From the NCBI GenBank assembly GCA_021161465.1, contig JAGHAM010000036.1, positions 13,512 through 77,511 on the forward strand: DNA of 64,000 bases, given 5' to 3'. Positions within the stretch are counted from its first letter, which is position 1. The number at the start of each line of letters is the position of its first letter. The position numbers and the translations under genes are program-made. The notes under the pieces are model-generated. The model made no database searches, was not told the origin of the DNA, and saw nothing but the letters and a program-made list of their open reading frames with translations. This document shows, piece after piece, positions 1-9,924 of the stretch. Origin of the DNA: Candidatus Iainarchaeum sp. (lineage in GTDB: Archaea > B1Sed10-29 > WALL01 > JAGHAM01).

Positions 1-876
1 TTTTTGGGTGTACGGTGGATCCCTGCCCTCTTTCACAGTGACGTCAATGTAATCCAGCTGTAAGAGGACCATCACATCTCTAGTTGGGGCCGTGGAGTAA
101 ACTGGACCGTCATACCCATACTTGTAGAGGTACGGCACGAAACCAGAATGGTCAAGATGCGCGTGTGATACCACCACAGCATCTATCTCATCCAACGGGA
201 AATTTAAGGAACCAAACATAGGGTACGCATCGCTGTTATTTGCTACGTTTATTCCGCAGTCAAGAATAACTTTTGATGACGGTGTTTCAAGTAAGAAACT
301 ACTTCTACCAACTTCTCTACTGCCACCTAATGGAGTTAGCCTTACCCAGTCAGTGCTCTTTCCCTCCCTGTAAATACGCTTTGAAACGTTCTTCATTATC
401 TTGACTCTCTCCCCGGCATGCTTTAGAAGATTATGCCTTATGCCTTTCACAACATTAGATGGGGATGTGGGGAGTCTCAGTATCTGTGGATACCACCCAG
501 TTTTTATTGCGATTTCTTTTAGCGTTGAGCCTTGCTTTCCTATCACAACTCCGGGTTTTTTTGCTTCTATGACAACTTCGCTTAGGTCAGGATTAAAACC
601 AATATCCCCCGTCCCTGCATTCTCTGGAACCAATTCACGTATCCTCTTCTCAGCTGTACCCGGGTCTTCCACCATACTTTGGTCAGAGCGTATATGCACC
701 CTTTTCTTGAGAGCTGTGGCTAGGTTTTTGACTATCATCTCATCTTCCAAAAACATAGCTATGTTTTTTGTGAAGACAATCACTTCAGAGGCCTGCATTA
801 GTGTCTTCGTCACCAGAGCCTCTGGTGGAACTGTAGCCTTTATAGTATCCTCTATTTCTGAAAATTCTTCACTCAT
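1..876 (-). CDS. aCPSF1/FttA-like RNA-processing beta-CASP ribonuclease (KH-KH-MBL), N-terminal part; C-terminus lies beyond window start
   Basis: Reverse-strand translation from ATG (complement of 874-876) gives MSEEFSEIED...VIGKQGSTLKEIAIKTGW (KH-like GxxG) then DEIDAVVVSHAHLDHSGFVPYL (MBL HxHxDH). ORF is open to position 1. Not in ORF track because no stop is in the window. ORF 401..937(+) overlaps it and is judged spurious. Confidence 0.8.
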   Translation of the reverse strand, partial: MSEEFSEIEDTIKATVPPEALVTKTLMQASEVIVFTKNIAMFLEDEMIVKNLATALKKRVHIRSDQSMVEDPGTAEKRIRELVPENAGTGDIGFNPDLSEVVIEAKKPGVVIGKQGSTLKEIAIKTGWYPQILRLPTSPSNVVKGIRHNLLKHAGERVKIMKNVSKRIYREGKSTDWVRLTPLGGSREVGRSSFLLETPSSKVILDCGINVANNSDAYPMFGSLNFPLDEIDAVVVSHAHLDHSGFVPYLYKYGYDGPVYSTAPTRDVMVLLQLDYIDVTVKEGRDPPYTQK

Positions 877-897
877 TTTATCCTCTCTAGCTGGGTC

Positions 898-1506
898 TTA
901 TTTCTTCAGGTATTTTGAGGTATCTACCTTTTCGTAGCCTTTTTTGGTTATCTTAATCACATTTATGCCATTCCCAGACATGGCATCTCTCTCCATGGCT
1001 GCCCTAAGGGCCTCCACAGCAAGCTTTACATTTTCGTCAGTTGGCTGCCCCTCTTTGTATTTGTTCTCAAGAACACCATACGCGAATGGTGAGCCAGAGC
1101 CAGTTGATACAACTTTTTCTTCAATCATAGAACCTACAGCATCAAGTGAATACAACCTTGGTTTGGAATCATACCCGCCAAGCAACAGCTGGACCCAATA
1201 AGGGAACCATCTGTTCTCCTGCAGTATGTTAGCAAGCAAAGTAGCAGCTGCTTCGACCTTTATGGTTTCTTTCCTTTCTATCTGGTAAAGGTTGGTTTCA
1301 ACTTGCAGTGTCCTCACAAGTTTTTGGGCATCGGCTACGCTACCAGCGGTTGTCATACCCAAATGGTCTTGTATCTTGAACACTTTTTCAACTTCTTTAT
1401 TAGCTATCATAGTGCCCATAGTTGCCCGTGTTTCTGAGGCTAACACCACTCCATCCTTTCCCAACAAACCGATAGTCGTTGTCCCTTTTCTAGTCTCTCT
1501 TTCCAT
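898..1506 (-). CDS. psmB: proteasome subunit beta
   Basis: TTTIGLLGKDGVVLASETRAT propeptide/Thr1 region and overall similarity to archaeal 20S beta subunits. Confidence 0.9.
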   Translation of the reverse strand: MERETRKGTTTIGLLGKDGVVLASETRATMGTMIANKEVEKVFKIQDHLGMTTAGSVADAQKLVRTLQVETNLYQIERKETIKVEAAATLLANILQENRWFPYWVQLLLGGYDSKPRLYSLDAVGSMIEEKVVSTGSGSPFAYGVLENKYKEGQPTDENVKLAVEALRAAMERDAMSGNGINVIKITKKGYEKVDTSKYLKK

Positions 1507-1566
1507 TTAATGCACCTAAGAATCAGTCTTTTTTAATTTTGTAGTTACACCTTTAAATAACTTTTG

Positions 1567-2244
1567 TTACTGTGTTATTTCGATAGTTGGCTCTTTATAG
1601 GTTTCTACGACCTTGACTTCCTTGACATCTTTAACTTTCATAGCCCTATTTACAAATAAAACTTTCTTTTGTTCATAGTCTTTTTTTGGGTTCTCAACAT
1701 GCAATTCGCAGATTCCGTCCTTAAATGAAACTTGCGCCTCTGGCAGGAATTTCTCGCCCATAACCTTCAATACTTCCTCAGGTTTTTTTAAAATCCTTTT
1801 TACCTTCAAGTTGAATTCAAGTTCTTTCCCTGCAAGTTCATGGTTGAAGTCAACCCGCACTCTACCACCATTTACGCTTTGTATCCTTGCTGGCATATTA
1901 TCTAAAGTTAGCAACATGCCAGGGACAGGTTTTATGTTACTTTGCTTGAAAGCTTTCATTGGAACAACTCTGACTAATTCAGGGCGTCGTTCCCCATAAC
2001 CTTTTTCTGGAGGCACTTTTACAGTTTTTTCTTCGCCCTCTTTCATCTTAAGGAGGGTTTCATCAACACCTTTTATTAGCTCGCCCATGCCAACTTGGAT
2101 TAAAACAGGTTTTGGTTCTCCACGCTTCAGGCCTGCTTTATCAGCAACTTCTTTTATCGTCGTATCAAAGACTTTACCATTGACACGCCCAGTATAATCC
2201 AATTCAATAAATACGCCTTTTTCTACCATTGAATTCAGCTCCAA
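1567..2244 (-). CDS. FKBP-type peptidyl-prolyl cis-trans isomerase (long archaeal type)
   Basis: N-terminal FKBP fold motifs (VEKGVFIELDYTGRVNGKVFDTT...) followed by an insertion/C-terminal domain typical of archaeal FKBP. Confidence 0.85.
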   Translation of the reverse strand: MELNSMVEKGVFIELDYTGRVNGKVFDTTIKEVADKAGLKRGEPKPVLIQVGMGELIKGVDETLLKMKEGEEKTVKVPPEKGYGERRPELVRVVPMKAFKQSNIKPVPGMLLTLDNMPARIQSVNGGRVRVDFNHELAGKELEFNLKVKRILKKPEEVLKVMGEKFLPEAQVSFKDGICELHVENPKKDYEQKKVLFVNRAMKVKDVKEVKVVETYKEPTIEITQ

Positions 2245-2306
2245 TAGAACTCGCGGCTTTATTTGGTAATCCTACCTATTTAAATATTTTGTCTAACAGA
2301 AAAAAA

Positions 2307-3563
2307 GAGATGGTTTCAAAGAATGTGCTTTCTGTAATATTGTTGGTTACTGCATTTGGATTGGTTCTTGGTCCAGTTAGTTACTTCCTTCAAGAGCTGA
2401 ACAAATCTCAGGTTACTGTGGAGAATAACACCCAATCAACGTACAACAATGAGCCACAACAACCACAAACAATCCAACCAATATATGAGTATTATGGAGA
2501 GTCTCGGGGAGTTGTGAAAAGCAAAGAAGGGCTCATCATAATAAACGCAGAAACAGATTTTGGTGATGAGCAACAGGTTAACGAAACAATCCGTGGGATA
2601 GATGGGGTCAAAAACATCACCCTTCTCAACAAATCAGATAACCCAGGTGAGAATGGGCTTTATTCTTATAAGATACACTTGGCAGTTAGTCCAGAGGATA
2701 CAGAAAAAGTAGGCTACTACCTTATGACAAAGCTAACGGAAGAGCCATTTAAGTTTAATCTGGATTCTGTTAGTGTCCCTGCAAAGGTTTCTTTCCCCCC
2801 ACAGCTGAATGTGACCGAGAAAAACTCTGGTAGGCAAAGGGTGATAAACCTACAGAAAGAAGTTGATAGTTACATTTTTTCTTATACCCATGTCAACCAG
2901 ACCTCAAATTTCGTAATATATGTGCGCTTCATCGGCGATGATATGAATGCCATTATGGCATTCGAGAAATCTAGGATTTATATGCCGCCAGTCAATACTT
3001 CAACAATAGTGGAGAATGTAACTGTGCTTAACATTACTGATTATGGCGCTGAGTTCTCAACGGATTACGACACAAAGGTCAACTCAACAGAGCTTGAGCG
3101 AGCGCTTTCTCAAAACGGATTTAACGCATCAGTTTCCTTCTACCCGCCAAAAGACACCTTCCAGGTTAAGGTTAATGGTTCACTACAACTCGTTGAGAAA
3201 CTAAACGAGTCTGGCATAAAAGCGCAAGCCTTCCCAGGAGGTGCGATGATTTGGGTGAATGGCTCACTGGAGAAAACCATGGAAGCGATAAGGAGCGTAG
3301 ATCCAACTATAGAGTACCCAAATTTGACGGGGTTAATTACCATCATCTCAAAACAGCCATCCGACCAGTTTGCTGACTTGATTCCAGGCAACCTAACCAA
3401 GAGATTCCTTACAGGGTATGTTTTTGTTCCTGGTTACAACGACACCATTAAAACCAAGCTACCTCTTGGCACCATGGAAAATGAGCATGTGCCTGCGAAT
3501 GTAACCATCCAAACAATATTTGGCGATGTACAGCATCCTGTTTTGGTTGATGTGGTATACTGA
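2307..3563 (+). CDS. secreted/surface protein with N-terminal signal anchor and about 19 N-glycosylation sequons
   Basis: Start moved to internal Met (MVSKNVLSVILLVTAFGLVLGP) so it does not overlap the divergent FKBP gene. Many NxS/T sequons (NET, NIT, NKS, NVT, NQT...). No recognisable catalytic motifs. Confidence 0.5.
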   Translation, partial: EMVSKNVLSVILLVTAFGLVLGPVSYFLQELNKSQVTVENNTQSTYNNEPQQPQTIQPIYEYYGESRGVVKSKEGLIIINAETDFGDEQQVNETIRGIDGVKNITLLNKSDNPGENGLYSYKIHLAVSPEDTEKVGYYLMTKLTEEPFKFNLDSVSVPAKVSFPPQLNVTEKNSGRQRVINLQKEVDSYIFSYTHVNQTSNFVIYVRFIGDDMNAIMAFEKSRIYMPPVNTSTIVENVTVLNITDYGAEFSTDYDTKVNSTELERALSQNGFNASVSFYPPKDTFQVKVNGSLQLVEKLNESGIKAQAFPGGAMIWVNGSLEKTMEAIRSVDPTIEYPNLTGLITIISKQPSDQFADLIPGNLTKRFLTGYVFVPGYNDTIKTKLPLGTMENEHVPANVTIQTIFGDVQHPVLVDVVY

Positions 3564-3564
3564 C

Positions 3565-3909
3565 TTAGTGCATTTTTTCCTGTAGGGCTATGATTGCTGC
3601 GGCAACTTCACCATTGGCATCTTTTAATGCTTGTTCTGCTTCATCCTTCGAGCAGTTTACTTTTTCCATAACGAGTTTGACATCATCTTCTTTGAATTCC
3701 TCAACCTCTTCTTTAATCTCACCGACAATCTGGTAGGTTTTGATTCCCTGCATTGTTATCTCTGTGACCTGTGGATTGGTTATAATCAGTCTTCCAGAAT
3801 CTGTTTTTATGACAACCTCTTCAGCATTTATCTCCCTGGATTTTATCCCCATTTGTTTCATCAGGTTTTGCATTTGTCGTGGATTTACATTTCCCATTCC
3901 TGGTAGCAT
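3565..3909 (-). CDS. nac: nascent polypeptide-associated complex protein (NAC alpha homolog)
   Basis: MLPGMGNVNPRQMQNLMKQMGI start, NAC domain (VVIKTDSGRLIITNPQVTEI) and C-terminal UBA-like region (EAEQALKDANGEVAAAIIALQ). Start chosen at internal Met. Confidence 0.8.
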   Translation of the reverse strand: MLPGMGNVNPRQMQNLMKQMGIKSREINAEEVVIKTDSGRLIITNPQVTEITMQGIKTYQIVGEIKEEVEEFKEDDVKLVMEKVNCSKDEAEQALKDANGEVAAAIIALQEKMH

Positions 3910-3991
3910 AATTTCACCCTGAAATGTTGTTGGTTTTTTTGTTTTTATACTCTTGCGTTGGTGAAACATTATAAATACTATCACGAGAAAT

Positions 3992-4864
3992 ATGAGTATG
4001 GGTTTCTCAATCGGTGTTTTCTACGGCGTGATTGCCCTTCTAGGTTGGGGCATTTCAGATTTCATTGCCAGAAAGGCCATTGAGAAGGAAAAATACTACA
4101 AGGTTTTCTTCCTCTCACAAATTGCTGGTGTTTCTATACTCTTGCCCTACCTTGCACTATCATCCAAGACCCTGATGGCGCCCATGGGAGACCTAGCCGC
4201 TTTCGCGATTTTAGGCGCTGTGTGGGCCTTTGGTTGTCTCGCGTTCTATAAAGCAATAGAAGTTGGGAAACTCTCTATAGTTAGCCCGGTTGGCGCGTCT
4301 TGGGCAATGGTATCAGCACTGATTGGTTTATCCATATTTTCAGAGGAAATCACTGCTGTAAGGGGAGTGGGTATACTGATTACCCTTGTAGGAATCGCGC
4401 TTGCATCCACGAATATCCCAGAACTGAGAAAGGCAAAAGCCACACGCTTGTTGAAAGGCGTTGATTACGCTCTGCTCGCGATGTTTAGTTGGGGTATAAT
4501 GTTCCCTTTCATGAATACATTCATACCATCTTTAGGACCGTTTCTACCAATAATTTACCTGAAAGGTTTCTCAATCATCTATCTGCTGGCAATCGGTCTG
4601 GTGGCGAAGAAAAGTTTTAGCTTGCCTTCAAGAAATGTCATCCCCCTTATTTTGCTGGTTGGGCTGTTTGACACAGCGGCTTTCATAGGGCTCAACTTTG
4701 GTTTGCAGACCGAGTTTGTTTCCATAGTTTCACCCACAGCAGCAGCTTTCCCAATGGTTACAATACTACTCGCGCGAACCTTCCTGAAAGAGAAGCTTGA
4801 GCTGAACCAAAAGGTAGGCGTCTTTGCGATAATTTGCGGCCTTGTCTTGATGGCCGTAATCTAA
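3992..4864 (+). CDS. EamA/DMT family transporter
   Basis: About 10 predicted TM helices in two repeated halves, typical of drug/metabolite transporters. Confidence 0.7.
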   Translation: MSMGFSIGVFYGVIALLGWGISDFIARKAIEKEKYYKVFFLSQIAGVSILLPYLALSSKTLMAPMGDLAAFAILGAVWAFGCLAFYKAIEVGKLSIVSPVGASWAMVSALIGLSIFSEEITAVRGVGILITLVGIALASTNIPELRKAKATRLLKGVDYALLAMFSWGIMFPFMNTFIPSLGPFLPIIYLKGFSIIYLLAIGLVAKKSFSLPSRNVIPLILLVGLFDTAAFIGLNFGLQTEFVSIVSPTAAAFPMVTILLARTFLKEKLELNQKVGVFAIICGLVLMAVI

Positions 4865-4903
4865 ACCCTTCCGCCTAAACATTTAAAACCAAGTTCTTCG
4901 TTA

Positions 4904-5536
4904 TTGTGTTTGATGCCTAAAACAATTGGTTCTTTCGAGGAGTTCAGCAAACTTTCCCTAAACCTTCCATCAAATAGAGTAGAGGCTGTTAAGACCTATC
5001 TTCGTGGCGGCATAATCAAGTTGGAGGGGAGCAAGCTTGTTTATCCAAACGTGCAGAGACTTGAGAAGCAGGTTCAGGAAAGGGAAGAAAAACTGCGCGG
5101 ACTGGCGAGCCAGCTAAAGGAGTGGGCGGATAGGGAAAAGAAGCTAAAGACCGATAAAAAAACAGACATGGCTGCTGTTGCTGTGGACCCTCTTTACTGG
5201 GAACACAAGATGAAACTTATGACAGACAAAGAGTATAGGGAAGTTTATGAGCTTGTCAAGCCTCCGATGCACCTTATGAACAGGAAGAAGTGGAGGAAGA
5301 GGATTGAAATGTTTGTGAAAAGCAAGGAGTATAGGATTAGGCTTAAAGAAGCGCGCTTAAGCCAGATTGGGAAGAAGCGCGAAAAGATGGCTGATGAAGC
5401 GGAAACCCGTATGGATTTTGATAGGCGATTGGCGACTTTAAACAAGGAGAAGATTGAGAAGAAAAAGCGCGAGCTAGAGCGTGAAGTTTCTGCTATGCGC
5501 GAACTGATACGCTGGGCAAAAGAATCTAGGCCATGA
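4904..5536 (+). CDS. hypothetical coiled-coil, K/E-rich protein
   Basis: Long charged heptad-like stretches. No enzymatic motifs. Confidence 0.4.
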   Translation: MCLMPKTIGSFEEFSKLSLNLPSNRVEAVKTYLRGGIIKLEGSKLVYPNVQRLEKQVQEREEKLRGLASQLKEWADREKKLKTDKKTDMAAVAVDPLYWEHKMKLMTDKEYREVYELVKPPMHLMNRKKWRKRIEMFVKSKEYRIRLKEARLSQIGKKREKMADEAETRMDFDRRLATLNKEKIEKKKRELEREVSAMRELIRWAKESRP

Positions 5537-5540
5537 GCGT

Positions 5541-7097
5541 TTAATGGTTAAAGTGTCTCATACCCGTGAAAACCATTGCTATGTTGTGCTCATTGCAGGC
5601 ATCTATGACTTCCTGGTCGCGTATTGACCCACCAGGTTGTATTATTGCTGTAACTCCTGCTTTTGCAGCTGCATCAATGCCGTCCCTGAACGGGAAGAAC
5701 GCATCAGAGGCCAGGGCAGTGCCTTTTGTATCCAGGCCAGCGTTTTTAGCTTTCATCGCCCCAATGACAGAAGAGTCAACCCTGCTCATCTGACCGGCAC
5801 CTATACCAATAGTCCTATCTTCCAGTGCATAGATGACACTGTTGGATTTTACATGCTTGCATACTTTCCATGCAAAGAGCATAGCCCTCTTCTCCAATTC
5901 GGTTGGTTTCCTTTTTGTGACGACCTTTAAGTGTTCGATATCCCCATCAAGAAGAGTGTTGTCTTTATCCTGTGCTAGCAGACCACCAGCTATGGACCTG
6001 ATGTCAAGGCCATCAGTTCTTTTTGTTGTGAAGTTTTTAAGTTTTAACACCCTGAGCCTTTTTTTCTTACCCAGAATCTCTAAAGCTCCCTTGGAGTATG
6101 ATGGTGCCACTACAACCTCAAGGAACATAGAAGTTAGCTCTTCAGCTAGTTTCTCATCTACTTCCCTATTGAGGGCAACCACACCACCAAAGGCTGATAG
6201 TTTGTCAGTTGCAAGCGCTTTTCTGTACGCTTCCAGAAGGGATTCGCTAGTGGCAACTCCACAAGGATTGTTGTGCTTTAGCACTACAGCGCATGGTTCC
6301 TCAAACTCGCGCAACAAATCTATCGCCGAATCAGTGTCAAGTATGTTGTTGTACGATAGTTTTTTCCCCTGTATCTTCTCTGCTTCAACAACCGAGGGCT
6401 CCTTCACGATAGCTTCCCTGTAAAGCGCGCCGTTCTGGTGGGGGTTCTCGCCATACCTAAGGTCCATGACTTTCTCAAAAGAAGCGTTCAGGTATTTTCT
6501 GAACTTCTCCTCTCCAAATTCACCCGCCAGGTAATTTTCTATGATGGAGTCATAGTGAGCGGTCAGGTTAAAGGCCTTGGCAGCAAGCTTTTTTCTGGTT
6601 TCAAGGCTTATCTCTCCACTGGCTTTAATCTCTTCTGCTATTGTCGTGTAGTCCGCAGGGTCGACCACCACAGCTGTACTAGTGTAGTTTTTGGCTGCTG
6701 CCCGTACCATGGTTGGCCCGCCAATGTCTATGTTTTCAATTATGTCACTGAGCCGGGCTTTTGCCTTTAGTGAGTTCTCAAATGGATAAAGGTTAACCAC
6801 AACCAAATCTATCGGCTCTATCCCCATATCCGACAGCTGGGCCATGTGCTCTTTGTTGCTTTTGTCAGCCAGAATGGCAGCATGGACACGAGGATGGAGG
6901 GTCTTGACACGACCGTCCAGTATCTCAGGAGAACCAGTGTAGTCTGAGATATATGTTATGTCCACACCGTTCTCTTTAAGCATTTTAGCAGTTCCACCAG
7001 TAGATATAATCCCAACACCTAAACTTTTTAGGCCTTTAGCAAATTCGACTATTCCTTGCTTGTCAGAAACACTTATCAACGCTTTTTTTATTTTCAT
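5541..7097 (-). CDS. purH: bifunctional AICAR transformylase / IMP cyclohydrolase
   Basis: MGS-like N-domain (ALISVSDKQGIVEFAKGL...STGGTAK...GRVKTLHPRVHAAILA) plus AICARFT domain. Length 518 aa. Confidence 0.9.
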   Translation of the reverse strand: MKIKKALISVSDKQGIVEFAKGLKSLGVGIISTGGTAKMLKENGVDITYISDYTGSPEILDGRVKTLHPRVHAAILADKSNKEHMAQLSDMGIEPIDLVVVNLYPFENSLKAKARLSDIIENIDIGGPTMVRAAAKNYTSTAVVVDPADYTTIAEEIKASGEISLETRKKLAAKAFNLTAHYDSIIENYLAGEFGEEKFRKYLNASFEKVMDLRYGENPHQNGALYREAIVKEPSVVEAEKIQGKKLSYNNILDTDSAIDLLREFEEPCAVVLKHNNPCGVATSESLLEAYRKALATDKLSAFGGVVALNREVDEKLAEELTSMFLEVVVAPSYSKGALEILGKKKRLRVLKLKNFTTKRTDGLDIRSIAGGLLAQDKDNTLLDGDIEHLKVVTKRKPTELEKRAMLFAWKVCKHVKSNSVIYALEDRTIGIGAGQMSRVDSSVIGAMKAKNAGLDTKGTALASDAFFPFRDGIDAAAKAGVTAIIQPGGSIRDQEVIDACNEHNIAMVFTGMRHFNH

Positions 7098-7139
7098 ACC
7101 TGGCCACCTCTAACCGTTTTTACATTGTTTTTGGTTTTC

Positions 7140-8225
7140 TCAGTACACAATTTTGTCAAGTTGGTTTGTTCTGGTAGCTGTTTTGATTTCCCTGGCGATT
7201 CTCCTGCCGGTGCTCATTGAGTCATGGAATATATATGGGGAGTATGGGGAACCCATGGGATAAAGGTTGGTTCCAGCAACTATCCTCGCAGAAATCTCAA
7301 AAACATAGATGTCTAACTCAGGAGTGACTATGGTTTCAAGGCAGAATGGACCTATTATGCCAGGCTTGAAGAGTTCCTGTGAAACCTCTACAACCCTCTT
7401 TCCCATTTCAAATACTTTTGGCAATAAGGATTCTCTTATGGCTAGAGGAAGGTTTCCAGTAACCACGAAACTTCTCCTTATGCCAGCGGCATCCAACTCT
7501 TTTCTAGTGAAGCCAAAACGGTAGAGTTCATCTATATTTGATTCCACTCTCCTATCTATACCAAGCATCTCAAGCCGGCCGTCCCCAACCCTGTAGCCTT
7601 CCTTGAACAATGGAGTGTAAAAGAAATGGAAGTAGTACCTAGTCCCTATAATGAACTCCTGTATTATGTATTTCTTTTCGTCGCCTATTTTTTTGTAAAA
7701 CTCATCTTCGTTTATTACTATGAAAAACCCTCTGCCGCCCTTTGCCCCGTAAAACTTCACCAGGCAGGGCCTGTCTATCTCTGATGGTTTTTTAAACCTC
7801 TCCGGAACAGTGCATCCAGCCTTTTTGAGCCATTCCCTCTCTTTTTCACGGTCCGATTCCCATTTTAGGACGCGCCTGTTGCCAAGCATAGGGACCCTTA
7901 ATTCTTTTTCTATGTTTTCAGCGCCAACATATTCAACAAATGAGCCGTGTGGGACGAGCACAGCGTTCCTCTCTATGAGCTTATCCTGGATATCTTTCCT
8001 TAGTATATCCGGGTAACTATCTACGACGACATACTCATCAGGTTTGGCAAGAGGGAATCCATCGTACACAGGTTTTGCTTTCTCTGTTGTTATGCCTATA
8101 GTCTTCATACCCTCAAGTCTTGCCCCATGGAATATCTGGAGGGCAGAATGAGAGCAGATAGTTGCTATGGTTGTATTGCCCCTGTAGCCAATTAGTGCAT
8201 CCTCTATATCTTTTTTGCTGACCAT
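7140..8225 (-). CDS. purP: 5-formaminoimidazole-4-carboxamide ribonucleotide synthetase (ATP-grasp, archaeal PurP)
   Basis: Typical PurP N-terminus (TIATICSHSALQIFHGAR..EGMKTIGI) and about 360 aa ATP-grasp architecture. Sits in the purine cluster. Confidence 0.8.
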   Translation of the reverse strand: MVSKKDIEDALIGYRGNTTIATICSHSALQIFHGARLEGMKTIGITTEKAKPVYDGFPLAKPDEYVVVDSYPDILRKDIQDKLIERNAVLVPHGSFVEYVGAENIEKELRVPMLGNRRVLKWESDREKEREWLKKAGCTVPERFKKPSEIDRPCLVKFYGAKGGRGFFIVINEDEFYKKIGDEKKYIIQEFIIGTRYYFHFFYTPLFKEGYRVGDGRLEMLGIDRRVESNIDELYRFGFTRKELDAAGIRRSFVVTGNLPLAIRESLLPKVFEMGKRVVEVSQELFKPGIIGPFCLETIVTPELDIYVFEISARIVAGTNLYPMGSPYSPYIFHDSMSTGRRIAREIKTATRTNQLDKIVY

Positions 8226-8230
8226 TTAAA

Positions 8231-9361
8231 TCACGTAATAACATTTTGGACCATGCTGTTCGTCATCGCATATTTCAATTCCATAATGCACAGGTCAAGT
8301 GGTGAGCGTATATCCAGCTCGTACTTCAATGACAGCCTCCTCATCTCTGGTGAGGTCGGACCAACACATGGGCTGCCTGGTATCCTTGGGCTCACATCAA
8401 ACACAACGAACTCAGGGCGTTTTGTTTCTTTGTTGTATGGCAGTGCCCCCTGCAGGGCGAACAAACCAATAATCCCTGGAGGGAACTCTTTTTCAGAGGC
8501 CCTTATGAATTTCTCAGCGGCGTTGTAAACAAGTGGCTTTAGCGATTCTCTCATAGTAATGCCTTTGTGACCAACCTCCTCGTTTCTTGGGTAAACTTTT
8601 ATCTTCATCTGGTCCCTAGCAGGCAGATTTAGGAGGCCGGTTAAATCGGTTTGGATTCTGTCATCGAAACCAACAAAGTCAAAATCACCGAATTTATCTT
8701 TCACAGCGTAAGACTGGAAATTAGCATTGAATCTTGGCCCCAAAACGAATTCTTCTATCCTTGCCGTTTTAAGTCCTTCTTTACTTATAACTCCATCGTA
8801 AAGCAATTCTTTAGCCTGTGCATAATAGTCCTCAGGGCTTGAAGGGTAAAAGAACGCACGTTCCAATGGGTTTTGCTTTTGTTGGACCTTAACTACTGCG
8901 AGCCGGTCTATCTCCTCTGGTGAGTTGAACTTCTTTGGGAACCTTATGCCCGCCTTCTCAAGCAGGTAGTATTGGCTTTTTACTGCGGTTCTCTCCTCTG
9001 TCCGTAACATCCATCGGTTTCCGTATATCGGAATCTTGAAGTCGTTCTCTATGGCATCGTAGCCAACATATACAGAGAATGAACGGTTTGGTATGAATAT
9101 TGTTCCCATCTCTCTGAGTCGCTCCTGCACTGCCTCAGAGGTTATGTCTGAAAATTTATCAAGCACGATTATCTTACTGAAAAGGTGTGCGCTGTGCCTT
9201 GTATACAACTCCTCCCTCCCTTTCTGGCACACAGCAACCACAGGGACTTTAGCAGCTTTTGCTGCCATACCCACCTCTTCAGCGGAATGGCTCCCCAGTA
9301 CACCTATAGTGTAACTTTCATAGTTCTTCGCAATCTCGTTAATCTCCTCCTGCGTTATCAT
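8231..9361 (-). CDS. PurP-family ATP-grasp paralog
   Basis: TIGVLGSHSAEEV... and length match the PurP/DUF1297 family. It is the second copy, adjacent to the first. Confidence 0.65.
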   Translation of the reverse strand: MITQEEINEIAKNYESYTIGVLGSHSAEEVGMAAKAAKVPVVAVCQKGREELYTRHSAHLFSKIIVLDKFSDITSEAVQERLREMGTIFIPNRSFSVYVGYDAIENDFKIPIYGNRWMLRTEERTAVKSQYYLLEKAGIRFPKKFNSPEEIDRLAVVKVQQKQNPLERAFFYPSSPEDYYAQAKELLYDGVISKEGLKTARIEEFVLGPRFNANFQSYAVKDKFGDFDFVGFDDRIQTDLTGLLNLPARDQMKIKVYPRNEEVGHKGITMRESLKPLVYNAAEKFIRASEKEFPPGIIGLFALQGALPYNKETKRPEFVVFDVSPRIPGSPCVGPTSPEMRRLSLKYELDIRSPLDLCIMELKYAMTNSMVQNVIT

Positions 9362-9924
9362 CGTTTACACACCCCAACAAAATTCTCAAATATCTTTTCC
9401 CCATACTTTGTATGCTCCACTTCCGGGTGGAACTGAATACCATATAATGGCATCTTTTTGTGCCTCATTGCTTCTATCTTGCAATCACGTGATTTAGCCA
9501 GCACCTCAAATCCAGGTGCGCTTGTTACTTCATCATTGTGGGAAGCCCAGGCCGTGAATTTTTTAGGTATTCCCTTAAATAAATCATTTTCATTCAGGAC
9601 TTCTATTTCAACTTGCCCGTATTCTGGAATTTTCGCTGGTTCACTGGTCCCACCGAAATGAATGGCCATGAACTGATGACCCGCGCATAGCCCAACTATT
9701 GGCTTGCCTAAGTTATCGAGGTAGGAGGCAACATGTTTGACAATTTTCTCACCACCACTCCCTATGCGGACGGCCCCGCCGGAAAGCACCAGACCATCGA
9801 CATCCCCTAACTTTTCTATCGGTGTGTCAGGCTCAATTATAGCTGACTCACACCCAAGGTAGTTAAGCCGTCTCCAGATTCTATGGGTCCATTGCCCACC
9901 AAGGTTAACTACAAGGATTTTCAT
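9358..9924 (-). CDS. guaAA: GMP synthase glutamine amidotransferase subunit A
   Basis: Class I GATase motifs (GLCAGHQ, HPE). Small split-type subunit. Confidence 0.85.
   Translation of the reverse strand: MKILVVNLGGQWTHRIWRRLNYLGCESAIIEPDTPIEKLGDVDGLVLSGGAVRIGSGGEKIVKHVASYLDNLGKPIVGLCAGHQFMAIHFGGTSEPAKIPEYGQVEIEVLNENDLFKGIPKKFTAWASHNDEVTSAPGFEVLAKSRDCKIEAMRHKKMPLYGIQFHPEVEHTKYGEKIFENFVGVCKR

Noticed and set aside
401-937. 178-aa plus-strand ORF at the window start
   Set aside because: It fully overlaps a minus-strand reading frame that encodes clear KH and MBL (HAHLDH) motifs of aCPSF1. The plus ORF has no features and is treated as an antisense artefact.
5566-6770. Several 75-196 aa plus-strand ORFs inside the purine cluster
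   Set aside because: All lie antisense to well-supported pur genes (here purH) and lack motifs. Antisense ORFs over the other pur genes were rejected on the same grounds.
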